From Candidatus Aminicenantes bacterium (lineage in GTDB: Bacteria > Acidobacteriota > Aminicenantia > Aminicenantales > JAFGBC01): a stretch of DNA of 64,000 bases. The stretch is from assembly GCA_963702005.1 (NCBI GenBank), contig OY969696.1:1184001-1248000 (forward strand), read 5' to 3'. Made by a program: the position numbers and the translations under genes. Below, piece by piece: positions 19,875-30,157 of the stretch (within the stretch, counting starts at the first letter, position 1; each line of letters begins with the position of its first letter). The notes under the pieces are model-generated. The model was not told the origin of the DNA, ran no database searches, and saw only the letters and a list, made by a program, of their open reading frames with translations.

Positions 19875-20777
19875 ATGAAGATGCTGGTAATCCTCAATTC
19901 CGATGCGGGCAAGCGATCTTCTCCTGATGCAGAAAGCAAAACGGAAGAAATCGTAAAAGCATTCCAAGCCGTAAATGTGGATGCCCAGGTCGCATGCCCG
20001 GGAGTACCCGACCTAACCGCATTTACAAAACAGGCTGTGATTTCCCATTTCGATACCGTTGTTGCAGCCGGCGGAGACGGTACCATAAGCGCGGTGGCTG
20101 CAGCGCTGGTCGGCACGTCAACACCGTTGGGTATTCTTCCGCTCGGCACCTTGAACCACCTCGCCAAAGAGTTGAAAATTCCCTTCGACCTGCCAGAGGC
20201 GGCTCGCACTATTGCTGAAGGCAAGATCCGCGAGATTGACGTCGGAGAAGTCAACGGCCGCATCTTCGTCAACAATTCATCAATTGGCCTTTATCCCAAG
20301 GCGGTCCGAAAGCGAAACCAGGAGATCCTTCGCCTTGGCCGTGGAAAATGGCCGGCCATGTTGGATGCTTCCATCCGCGTATTCTTGCGGTTTCCCCTGA
20401 TTACGATCCGGCTTGAAACTTCCGATGGCAGTCCGACGCGCACCACTCCGTTCTTGTTTGTCGGCAACAATGAATATGGAATGAAATTCCTGCGCATAGG
20501 CAACCGCCACTCTTTGGAACGCGGAGAACTTTGTGCTTATCTTTTGATACATACGGGCCGGCTCGCTTTTCTGAGAATTCTCCTGATGGCGATCCTTGGC
20601 CTGAAACACGACAGAGATTTTGCTTTTATACTTTCCCGAGAGGTTCAGGTGCAAACGCGGCGCGGGAGCATCACGGTTTCCGCAGACGGCCCACTCATGA
20701 GGCTCGATACACCTCTGCATTACCGGATCCGGCCTAAAGCGTTGCGGGTGTTTGCACTGGAAATAGCCGTACCATGA
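19875..20777 (+). CDS. Diacylglycerol/lipid kinase family protein (YegS/BmrU-like)
   Basis: 'VVAAGGDGTI', 'LPLGTLNHLA', 'IDVGEVNGRIFVNNSSIG'; lower GC than the flanks; 'ADGP' in place of the usual 'DGE'. Confidence 0.9.
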   Translation: MKMLVILNSDAGKRSSPDAESKTEEIVKAFQAVNVDAQVACPGVPDLTAFTKQAVISHFDTVVAAGGDGTISAVAAALVGTSTPLGILPLGTLNHLAKELKIPFDLPEAARTIAEGKIREIDVGEVNGRIFVNNSSIGLYPKAVRKRNQEILRLGRGKWPAMLDASIRVFLRFPLITIRLETSDGSPTRTTPFLFVGNNEYGMKFLRIGNRHSLERGELCAYLLIHTGRLAFLRILLMAILGLKHDRDFAFILSREVQVQTRRGSITVSADGPLMRLDTPLHYRIRPKALRVFALEIAVP

Positions 20778-20953
20778 GGATGGTTGCGCACCTTTCGGAT
20801 CTCCATTTTGGGATGGAAGACGAGCGGATCGCAGAAAGCTTGTTGGAGGATATCGCCGGATTTCATCCAAGCGTAGTTGTCATCAGCATGCTGCGGAAAA
20901 AGGAATTTCTTATCCCTTCAGTTGACTCAAACCGGGATTCAGATTATCTTTAG
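20774..20953 (+). pseudogene. Truncated calcineurin-like metallophosphoesterase
   Basis: MRMVAHLSDLHFG...HPSVVVIS (38 codons) is coupled to the DAGK stop; homology ends exactly where 'GD' is expected, at the start of the 23-bp repeat (20888); stop at 20951-20953. Confidence 0.8.
20888..20910 (+). repeat. 23-bp direct repeat, right copy
   Basis: Matches 19832-19854 at 22/23. Confidence 0.9.
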
Positions 20954-20974
20954 AACAACGGGGGAGAGGAATTC

Positions 20975-23731
20975 GTGTTGAACTGCCCGAAGTGCCGCGC
21001 CGCGAACCCGGACACGTCCCGGTTCTGCGGTACTTGTGCGGCTTCGCTCCTGGCTGAACCGCCCGTACCAGCCGCCCCTGACGCTCCCTCCCTCACCAAG
21101 ACCATCGAGACTCATCTGCGCGGCCTCGCCCCCGGGACCGTGGTTGCCGGGAAATACCGCGTCCTCGGGGAGATTGGCCGGGGCGGCATGGGCGTCGTCT
21201 ACGAGGCGGACGACCTCAAGCTCCGACGCACCATCGCCCTCAAGTTCCTTCCCGGCGAGCTGACCTATGACATCGAGGCCAGGGAGAGGCTCGTCCACGA
21301 GGCCCAGGCGGCCTCGGTCCTCGACAACCCGCACATCTGCACGATCTACGAGATCGGCGAGGGCGGCTCCGGGCAGATGTACATTGCCATGGCCCTCTGC
21401 CACGGCGAAAGCCTGAGGGCCAAGGTCAAGCGCGGTCCGCTCGCCCCCGCCGAGGCCCTGTCGCTCGCCGCGCAGGTCGCCGACGGCCTGGCCGCCGCCC
21501 ACGAGAACGGCATCGTCCACCGGGACATCAAGCCCGGCAACATCCTCGTCTCGAAAGATGGGGCGGCCAGGATCGCCGATTTCGGTCTGGCCAAAATCGC
21601 AGGCGAGGCGCGCCTGACGCGGCCCGGCACTTCGGTCGGGACCGTCGCCTACATGTCCCCCGAACAGATCCGCGGCGAGGACGTCGACGCCCGGACCGAC
21701 GTCTGGTCCCTGGGGGTCGTCCTCTATGAGATGCTCACCGGCGGTCTGCCCTTCCACGGGGAGAACGAGCACTCCTTCGCCTATGCCGTCGTCCACAGCG
21801 ACCCGAAGCCCCTCGGCAAACTTCCGCTCGGCACTCCGGAGGGCTGCGGCCCGATCATCGCCAAGGCCATGGCCAAAGACCCTGCCGACAGGTTCGCGTC
21901 GGCCAGGGAGATAGCCGAGGCGCTGGCCTCGGTGATGGCGGGCGCTGGGTATCGGCCTCGGCCTCGTCGCACCTTCCTGAGGATTGCCCTCCCGGCCGTT
22001 CTCGGCGCGGCCGCGCTCTATCTCGTCTTCGCCCTTGGCCTGCCCGACAAGGTGGCCAGGTGGCTCGGCTTGAAGGCGGAAGCGGCCGGCCGGCACGTGG
22101 CCATCCTTCCCCTGGCCGTCCTCGGCAACGGCGGGAGCCCGGACGAACGGGCTTTCGCCGACGGGCTGGTCGAGCACGTCCGCCGCGAGCTCGATATCCT
22201 CGCCTCGCACGCACGCCGCCCCGACTCGTTTGTCATCCCGGCCAGCACTCTCCAGGACTACGAAGTCCGCGAGGCGGCGGACGCCTCCCGGTTCCTCGGA
22301 GCGAACGTCGTCGTTTCCGGCACGCTCAAACGTGACGGGGACAACCTGGTCTTGAGACTCGAGGTCGTCGACCCGGCCCAGTTCGCCCAGCTGGCCACCC
22401 TCTCGAAGTCCGACCACATCGCCAACATCGCCACCTGGCAGGAGGACATCGTGCTCGATCTGGCCTTGGCCTGCGGCCTTAAGCCTTCGGCCGGCGACAA
22501 GGCCCTCCTGGCTTCGGTCGACACAACCGTGCCAGGCGCGTTTGGGTCTTATCTCCGCGGCCTCGGCTACCTGAGCGAGCCCCTAACGGCGGCGAACGCC
22601 GCCGGCGCGATCCGGGGCCTCGAGGAGGCCGTGGCCCGGGACCCCTCGTTCCCCGCCGCCCTCGTCGGGCTGGCCGAAGCCTACTGGACCAAAAACCTCG
22701 TCGCCAAGGACGGTCCGGCGGCCGAGAAGGCCGAGGCGCAGGCCCGCGCCGTACTCAAGATGAACGAGAAACTCGCCGAGGGCCATCTGGTCCTCGGCTG
22801 GATCTTCAGCGGCACCGGCAGGGAGCGCGAGGCCGTCAAGGAGTTTGAACGGGCGACCGAGATCGACCCCTCAATGTACGAGGCCTTCAGGCGCTTGGGA
22901 AATGTCTACGAGGACCTGAACGAGCCGGCCAAGGCCGAGGCGGCCTACCGGTCCGCCCTCACGCTGCGGCCTTCCTACATGCTCGCCCACAGCTCTCTCG
23001 GCTATTTCTACTTTTTGCGGGGCGCCTTCGACAAGGCCCGCGACAGCTTCCTGAAGGCCACGAAGCTCTGCCCTGAGAACATTAACGCCCTGAACAGCCT
23101 GGGCGCGATCTATTACAAGCTGGGCGACGACCTCCAGGCCGAGGCCGCTTTCGAGCGCTCGAACGCCGTCAAGAGGAACGCGATCGCCTCCGCGAACCTG
23201 GCCGTGATCTATTATTTCAGAGGCCGGTACGCCGACTCCGTGACGGCGGGCGAAGCGGCCATCGGTTTCGACGCAAACGACTATCTTCTCTGGGGCAACC
23301 TGGCCGACGCCTACCGCTTCACGCCGGGCAACGAGGCCAAGGCCGAGGCCGCGTACCGCAAGGCCGTCGAGCTCGTCGGGAAGGAGCTCGCCGACCGTCC
23401 CCACGACGCCCGGTCGCGCTCGAGCCTGGCCCTGTTCCAGGCCAAGCTGGGGCTCGCCGAGAAGGCCCGGGCGGAGATCGCCGAGGCGCTCCGGACCAGG
23501 CCCGACGACAGCTCGGTCGTCCTGAAATCGGTCTTCGTTTTCGAGCTCGTCGGCGCGCGGCAACAGGCCCTGGAGGCTCTCCGTGAATACGCGCGCCTGA
23601 AGGGGCCGATGGACGAGGTCGTCAAGGACCCGTTCCTGGCCGGACTGAGGCAGGACCCGGGCTACGCCGATGTCATCGAAGGCAAATCGGCCGGCGGAAC
23701 CGGCACGAAGCCTGATAAAACGAAAAAATAA
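20975..23731 (+). CDS. Membrane Ser/Thr protein kinase with zinc ribbon and TPRs
   Basis: CPKC..FCGTC; GRGGMG, HRDIKPGN, DFG, GTVAYMSPEQ; TM; TolB-N-like domain; TPRs. Confidence 0.93.
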   Translation: MLNCPKCRAANPDTSRFCGTCAASLLAEPPVPAAPDAPSLTKTIETHLRGLAPGTVVAGKYRVLGEIGRGGMGVVYEADDLKLRRTIALKFLPGELTYDIEARERLVHEAQAASVLDNPHICTIYEIGEGGSGQMYIAMALCHGESLRAKVKRGPLAPAEALSLAAQVADGLAAAHENGIVHRDIKPGNILVSKDGAARIADFGLAKIAGEARLTRPGTSVGTVAYMSPEQIRGEDVDARTDVWSLGVVLYEMLTGGLPFHGENEHSFAYAVVHSDPKPLGKLPLGTPEGCGPIIAKAMAKDPADRFASAREIAEALASVMAGAGYRPRPRRTFLRIALPAVLGAAALYLVFALGLPDKVARWLGLKAEAAGRHVAILPLAVLGNGGSPDERAFADGLVEHVRRELDILASHARRPDSFVIPASTLQDYEVREAADASRFLGANVVVSGTLKRDGDNLVLRLEVVDPAQFAQLATLSKSDHIANIATWQEDIVLDLALACGLKPSAGDKALLASVDTTVPGAFGSYLRGLGYLSEPLTAANAAGAIRGLEEAVARDPSFPAALVGLAEAYWTKNLVAKDGPAAEKAEAQARAVLKMNEKLAEGHLVLGWIFSGTGREREAVKEFERATEIDPSMYEAFRRLGNVYEDLNEPAKAEAAYRSALTLRPSYMLAHSSLGYFYFLRGAFDKARDSFLKATKLCPENINALNSLGAIYYKLGDDLQAEAAFERSNAVKRNAIASANLAVIYYFRGRYADSVTAGEAAIGFDANDYLLWGNLADAYRFTPGNEAKAEAAYRKAVELVGKELADRPHDARSRSSLALFQAKLGLAEKARAEIAEALRTRPDDSSVVLKSVFVFELVGARQQALEALREYARLKGPMDEVVKDPFLAGLRQDPGYADVIEGKSAGGTGTKPDKTKK

Positions 23732-23749
23732 TAGTGGCCGGAAAAGGGG

Positions 23750-25780
<2,031 letters not shown>

Positions 25781-25970
25781 GGAGCGGCTCCTTTGTGAGA
25801 TGGGATTTTGACCGAATTCACTCATCAAATCTATCGCTCGCCCGAGCACTCTGTCAAGATGCGGGCGCTGCTTAATTTTTGAAGGAGAACCTTGACAGAT
25901 TCTAGGCTCCCATTTATGATTCTTTATTCCATTGTAAAATACGCAACCGCAGAAAATTGAGAATGTTTCG

Positions 25971-27386
25971 ATGAGCGACACCGGGCGATTCAAGCTGCCG
26001 CACACCCTGGTCCTGATCTACATTCTGGTGATCGGCGTTTATCTCATGAGCCTGCTGGTTCCCGCCGGCGAGTACCAACGGTCCGAAAAAACGTTCAATG
26101 GCCAGACCAGGCTGATCACGGTCCCCGGCACCTACGCCAAAACAGCAAAGAAATTGCTGGGCCCGGAGTGGCTCCTGATCGCTCCCATCCGAGGTTTCCA
26201 GGATGGTGCTTTGATCATTATCCTGATATTCATTTTCGGCGGGACGTTTGCCATCCTCGGCCAAACCGGCGCCATCGAATCCGGTATTCAGCGGCTGGCC
26301 CGGTTTTTTTCAAAAAAACCGAAATGGCAGGTTGCCGTCGTACCGGTCCTGATGGTGGTTTTTTCCCTGGCCGGCGGAGTTTACGGTATGGCGGAAGAAT
26401 CGATTCCCTTCGTGCTGATTTTCATTCCCCTGGCTCTGGCCCTGGGCTACGACTCCATCGTCGGGGTGGCCATTCCCTTTGTCGGGGCCGCCGCCGGATT
26501 TGCCGCCGCTTTCTTCAATCCGTTCACCGTGGGTATTGCCCAAGGTTTTTCCGATCTCCCGCTCTATTCGGGATTGACCTATCGCTTGATCCTCTGGGTG
26601 ATCGGCACCGCGATCGCGATTGTCTTTGTGACACGGTATGCGGAAAAAGTGAAGAAAAATCCGGAAAAAAGCCCCGTCTTCGAACTCGACCGGCAGCGCC
26701 GGCCGCCTGCCGGCGGCAACCCGACGGAGGAACGGCCCTGGAGCGTCAAGCAGAAAATCATTATCGGCCTGCTGCTGGGAGGAATCGGCTTGCTCATTTT
26801 CGGCATCCTGTCCCGCGGCTGGTACATCGAAGAGATCGCCGCCCTGTTCCTGGCGATCGGCCTCCTGTCCGGACTCATCGCCCGCATGCCGCCATCCGAC
26901 ATCGCCCTGGCCTTCATCGCCGGGGCCAAGGATGTCTTGAACGTGACGCTGATCATCGCCGGCGGCCGGGCCATCCTGATCATCCTCAAGGAAGCGCTGG
27001 TGATGGACACGGTGCTGCACTTCGCCGCCGGCTTGATTTCCACCGTTCCCGGCATCATCACCGCTCAGATGATGTTTATCACCCAGGGGATCATCAATTT
27101 CTTCATCCATTCCGGCACCGCCCAGGCGGCGTTGACCATGCCGGTCATGGCGCCGCTCAGCGACCTGGTGGGAATTACCCGGCAGACCACTGTACTTGCC
27201 TTCCAGCTGTGCGAGGTGATCAATCCCATCCTGCCGACATCCGCGGTCACTATGGGCGTTCTCGGGGTGGCCAAAATTCCCTGGGAAAAATGGGCCAAAT
27301 GGTTCCTGCCCTTGATGCTGCTGTGGGTGCTGTTTAGTCTGATCGCCCTGGTCCCGCCGATTTTGACTCACTGGGGACCCTTTTAG
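25971..27386 (+). CDS. YfcC/AbgT-like (DcuC-like) transporter, putative basic amino acid or dipeptide carrier
   Basis: 'PHTLV', 'VPAGEY', 'GMAEE', 'GYDSIVG', 'NPFTVGIAQ', 'LTMPVMAPLSDLVGITRQ'. Confidence 0.85.
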   Translation: MSDTGRFKLPHTLVLIYILVIGVYLMSLLVPAGEYQRSEKTFNGQTRLITVPGTYAKTAKKLLGPEWLLIAPIRGFQDGALIIILIFIFGGTFAILGQTGAIESGIQRLARFFSKKPKWQVAVVPVLMVVFSLAGGVYGMAEESIPFVLIFIPLALALGYDSIVGVAIPFVGAAAGFAAAFFNPFTVGIAQGFSDLPLYSGLTYRLILWVIGTAIAIVFVTRYAEKVKKNPEKSPVFELDRQRRPPAGGNPTEERPWSVKQKIIIGLLLGGIGLLIFGILSRGWYIEEIAALFLAIGLLSGLIARMPPSDIALAFIAGAKDVLNVTLIIAGGRAILIILKEALVMDTVLHFAAGLISTVPGIITAQMMFITQGIINFFIHSGTAQAALTMPVMAPLSDLVGITRQTTVLAFQLCEVINPILPTSAVTMGVLGVAKIPWEKWAKWFLPLMLLWVLFSLIALVPPILTHWGPF

Positions 27387-27429
27387 CCGTCTTTGACCGA
27401 GTGATGCGGCTTTCCCCGGCCGCTTTCCA

Positions 27430-28686
27430 CTATTTCTGTATTTCGACCCGGACCTTCAGGGGAGACATGTCCAGATGGACATTCAGCACCGAGTACAGAT
27501 CCCTGTCGTCTCGCTCACCGTAATAACCGACGGTCCCGTCCTCTTTCCGCAAGGTCATGAAAATGCCGCGGCCCGTACCATCTTTTTCCAAGAGGAAGGA
27601 CATCCCCTCGGAGCGATTCTGGCGGTTGTCAGCCAGGCCGCTGGTGAGACTATCGACCAGGGAATCCCGGCCGAAAATATTTGTATTCAGGGGGTATGTT
27701 TCGTTCTCTTCATCGCCTTTTTTGATCGGCTTCTTATCCTGGACAATGGTGAAAACGCCGGTCTCCGGGTTATACGAATCCCCGTCCGACAGGTAATGGA
27801 GAATGACGTTCTCCGCTTTCCATCCGAGGGGTGTTTGACCGCCCCGCGCCTGGCGGGTGTCCACCATCAGGACGCCGGAGCTGCCGACCACCTGGAGCGT
27901 ATGGTCATGAACAACCAGCGCCGTGTCCTCGTCAACGCCGAAACCGACAGCCGGGTCCTTGAGGAAAAGCAGCGCGACGATCAGTCTGCCGAACCGCCCC
28001 CTTTTCAGGCAATGCTGATCGACCAAGCCGTCAGCGAAGAATCCGAGACCCCGGGTGAGCCGGACGCCGGGCGTTGTCGCGCAGTCGCCCGGGAGATAAA
28101 CGGCTCCCTCGCTCACGGCCTCCTGGCTGTTGCCATCGCAAATCATGGGATTGCTCATGATGGCGGCTCCGGCGCTGGTCCCCCCCAGAACCCCCCCGTG
28201 CTCGTAGATATCGCGGATGGCCGCGAGCAGAGGCGAGTCCCGGCCTGTCGCATCGACCAGAGTTTTAAGGGTGCGGATCTGATCCCCGCCCACGAAAAAA
28301 ACCGAATTGTATCCGGCCATTTCCTTGGCCAGGAGCGGATCAAAACCGTTTTTCTGCCACCGCGATTCGTCCGTTTCCTTGGTGTCGGGCTCATCGACCA
28401 GAGCCACCGGGAAAACCTTGATTCGCTCCGCCGCCACCCCGAGCCGGATGAAATCGTCCGCCACATACTTGCCGCTGGAGGCCGGGGTGGCGCTGGCCGC
28501 CGGGATAATCGCCAGACGCATCCGCTCCCGCCCTCCCGCCAGGTCAATCCACTGCTGATAGACCCGGGTTTTAGCGGCGGCCAGTCCCCCGCCGATGATG
28601 ACCAAGCTGCCCCGGGAATCTTGCTCGGGAAAAAGTTGTGACGCCGATAAACAAAGCATACTCGCGATGAGAATTTTTTTTAGCAC
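27430..28686 (-). CDS. Secreted cyanophycinase-like peptidase (S51)
   Basis: Signal peptide; 'GSLVIIGG', 'FVGGDQ', 'GGTSAGA' nucleophile, 'DQH..RGRFGRL', 'GVDEDTA'. Confidence 0.9.
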   Translation of the reverse strand: MLKKILIASMLCLSASQLFPEQDSRGSLVIIGGGLAAAKTRVYQQWIDLAGGRERMRLAIIPAASATPASSGKYVADDFIRLGVAAERIKVFPVALVDEPDTKETDESRWQKNGFDPLLAKEMAGYNSVFFVGGDQIRTLKTLVDATGRDSPLLAAIRDIYEHGGVLGGTSAGAAIMSNPMICDGNSQEAVSEGAVYLPGDCATTPGVRLTRGLGFFADGLVDQHCLKRGRFGRLIVALLFLKDPAVGFGVDEDTALVVHDHTLQVVGSSGVLMVDTRQARGGQTPLGWKAENVILHYLSDGDSYNPETGVFTIVQDKKPIKKGDEENETYPLNTNIFGRDSLVDSLTSGLADNRQNRSEGMSFLLEKDGTGRGIFMTLRKEDGTVGYYGERDDRDLYSVLNVHLDMSPLKVRVEIQK

Positions 28687-28756
28687 GTTAAACCTCGCTA
28701 AGAAGCCTAACTATAAAAAAAAGGGTGGAATATTCAAGTCCGCCTTCTCTCAACGA

Positions 28757-28816
28757 CAACCGGACCTTCTCGATGAAGGCCTACCCCAACCGCTCCCTCG
28801 GCATCCACGAGGGCGA
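28757..28816 (+). repeat. 60-bp direct repeat copy 2 (orphan fragment of the DPP-IV gene)
   Basis: Intergenic; 56/60 identical to 18959-19018. Confidence 0.9.
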
Positions 28817-28827
28817 AGAGGGGAGCC

Positions 28828-30003
28828 TCAGTCCCAAATGTGCGAATACTTGGCGCCGTTTCCCGTATTGAAGAGGACGACCTTTTCTTCCTGGCGTATC
28901 CAGCTTTTTTTCCGGAGCTCGAGGAAAGCGGCCAGGGTCGCCCCGCCCTCCGGCGCGGGCCAAATCCCTTGGGTCCTGCCCATGAGGAAGGTCCCTTTCA
29001 GGATCTCGGTGTCGGGCACCGCGACGGCCGTTCCGCGACTTTCTCTGAGGGTCCGGAGGATCAGGAAGTCGCCGACTGCGGCCGGGACGCGCATTCCGTC
29101 GGCGATCGTCCGGGCGTCCGGCCACGGCTCCGCGAATTCCTTCCCATCGTGGAAGGCCTTGACCACCGGCGCGCAGCCTTCGGACTGGACCGCGACCATG
29201 CGCGGCCGCCCCGGCCCGATCCAGCCGAGCTTTTCCATTTCGTCGAAAGCCTTCCACATCCCGACGAGCCCCGTCCCGCCGCCGGTCGGATAAATAACGA
29301 CATCCGGCAGGGTCCACCGCATCTGCTCGGCGACCTCGTAGCCCATCGTTTTCTTTCCTTCGATCCGGTAGGGCTCCTTGAGGGTGGAGACGTCGAACCG
29401 GCCGTATTTTTCGACCCCTTCCCAGGCGGCCTTGCCGCAGTCCGTGATGAGCCCGTTGACCAGGGTTACCTCGGCGCCCAGGACGCGGCATTCGTTGATG
29501 AACGGTCGAGGAACGTCCGCCGGCATGAAGACATGAGCCTCCATCCCGGCCAGGGCGGCGTAGGCGCTCAGGGCGCAGCCGGCGTTTCCGGCCGTCGGGA
29601 TGGAGACCGCCTTGACGCCGAGTTCCCAGGCCCGGGAGACGGCTACGGCCAGGCCGCGGGCCTTGAACGAGCCCGTCGGATTCAACCCTTCGTCCTTGAT
29701 GTAGAGGTTTTCGAAGCCGATCTCATGACCCAGCCGGGCGGCCCGAATGAGCGGTGTGAAGCCTTCTCCCAGACAAAGCCTGAACCTGAGGTCCCTCACC
29801 GGGAGGAGCTCCCGGTACCTCCAAAGGGTCGGTTCCCGGCCGGAGATCGAGGCCCTGCCCACCGCGGCGCGGGCGGCCTCGAGATCATAGCGGGCGAGCA
29901 GGGGCTTCTGGCATTTCGGGCAGAGGTTCCACAGCTTGTCGGCTTCGAGCCGCTCGCCGCAGAGCCCGCATTCGAGGTGGGTCAAATAGCTGGCGTCTCT
30001 CAT
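28828..30003 (-). CDS. thrC: Threonine synthase (fold-type II PLP enzyme)
   Basis: 'LGEGFTPL', 'KDEGLNPTGSFKARG', 'TAGNAG', 'YPTGGG', 'NTGNGAKY'. Confidence 0.88.
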   Translation of the reverse strand: MRDASYLTHLECGLCGERLEADKLWNLCPKCQKPLLARYDLEAARAAVGRASISGREPTLWRYRELLPVRDLRFRLCLGEGFTPLIRAARLGHEIGFENLYIKDEGLNPTGSFKARGLAVAVSRAWELGVKAVSIPTAGNAGCALSAYAALAGMEAHVFMPADVPRPFINECRVLGAEVTLVNGLITDCGKAAWEGVEKYGRFDVSTLKEPYRIEGKKTMGYEVAEQMRWTLPDVVIYPTGGGTGLVGMWKAFDEMEKLGWIGPGRPRMVAVQSEGCAPVVKAFHDGKEFAEPWPDARTIADGMRVPAAVGDFLILRTLRESRGTAVAVPDTEILKGTFLMGRTQGIWPAPEGGATLAAFLELRKKSWIRQEEKVVLFNTGNGAKYSHIWD

Positions 30004-30044
30004 ACCATCTTCCCGCGCTAAAACCGATGGAATTTATCTCAGGT

Positions 30045-30157
30045 CATACCTTAATTCAATCCCTTCGGAAAAAGCAAATCCGAACCTAATCCCTACCCTG
30101 TCCGGCTCGATATGGCGACGGTGGAAGCAGAGAATTAAGTTGTGTGTCCCCGGAATT
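30045..30157. repeat. REP-like family A copy 3 (degenerate left arm)
   Basis: Right arm GAATTAAGTTGTGTGTCCCCGGAATT (30132-30157) overlaps the maf-rlmD stop; left remnant CATACCTTAATTC. Confidence 0.65.
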
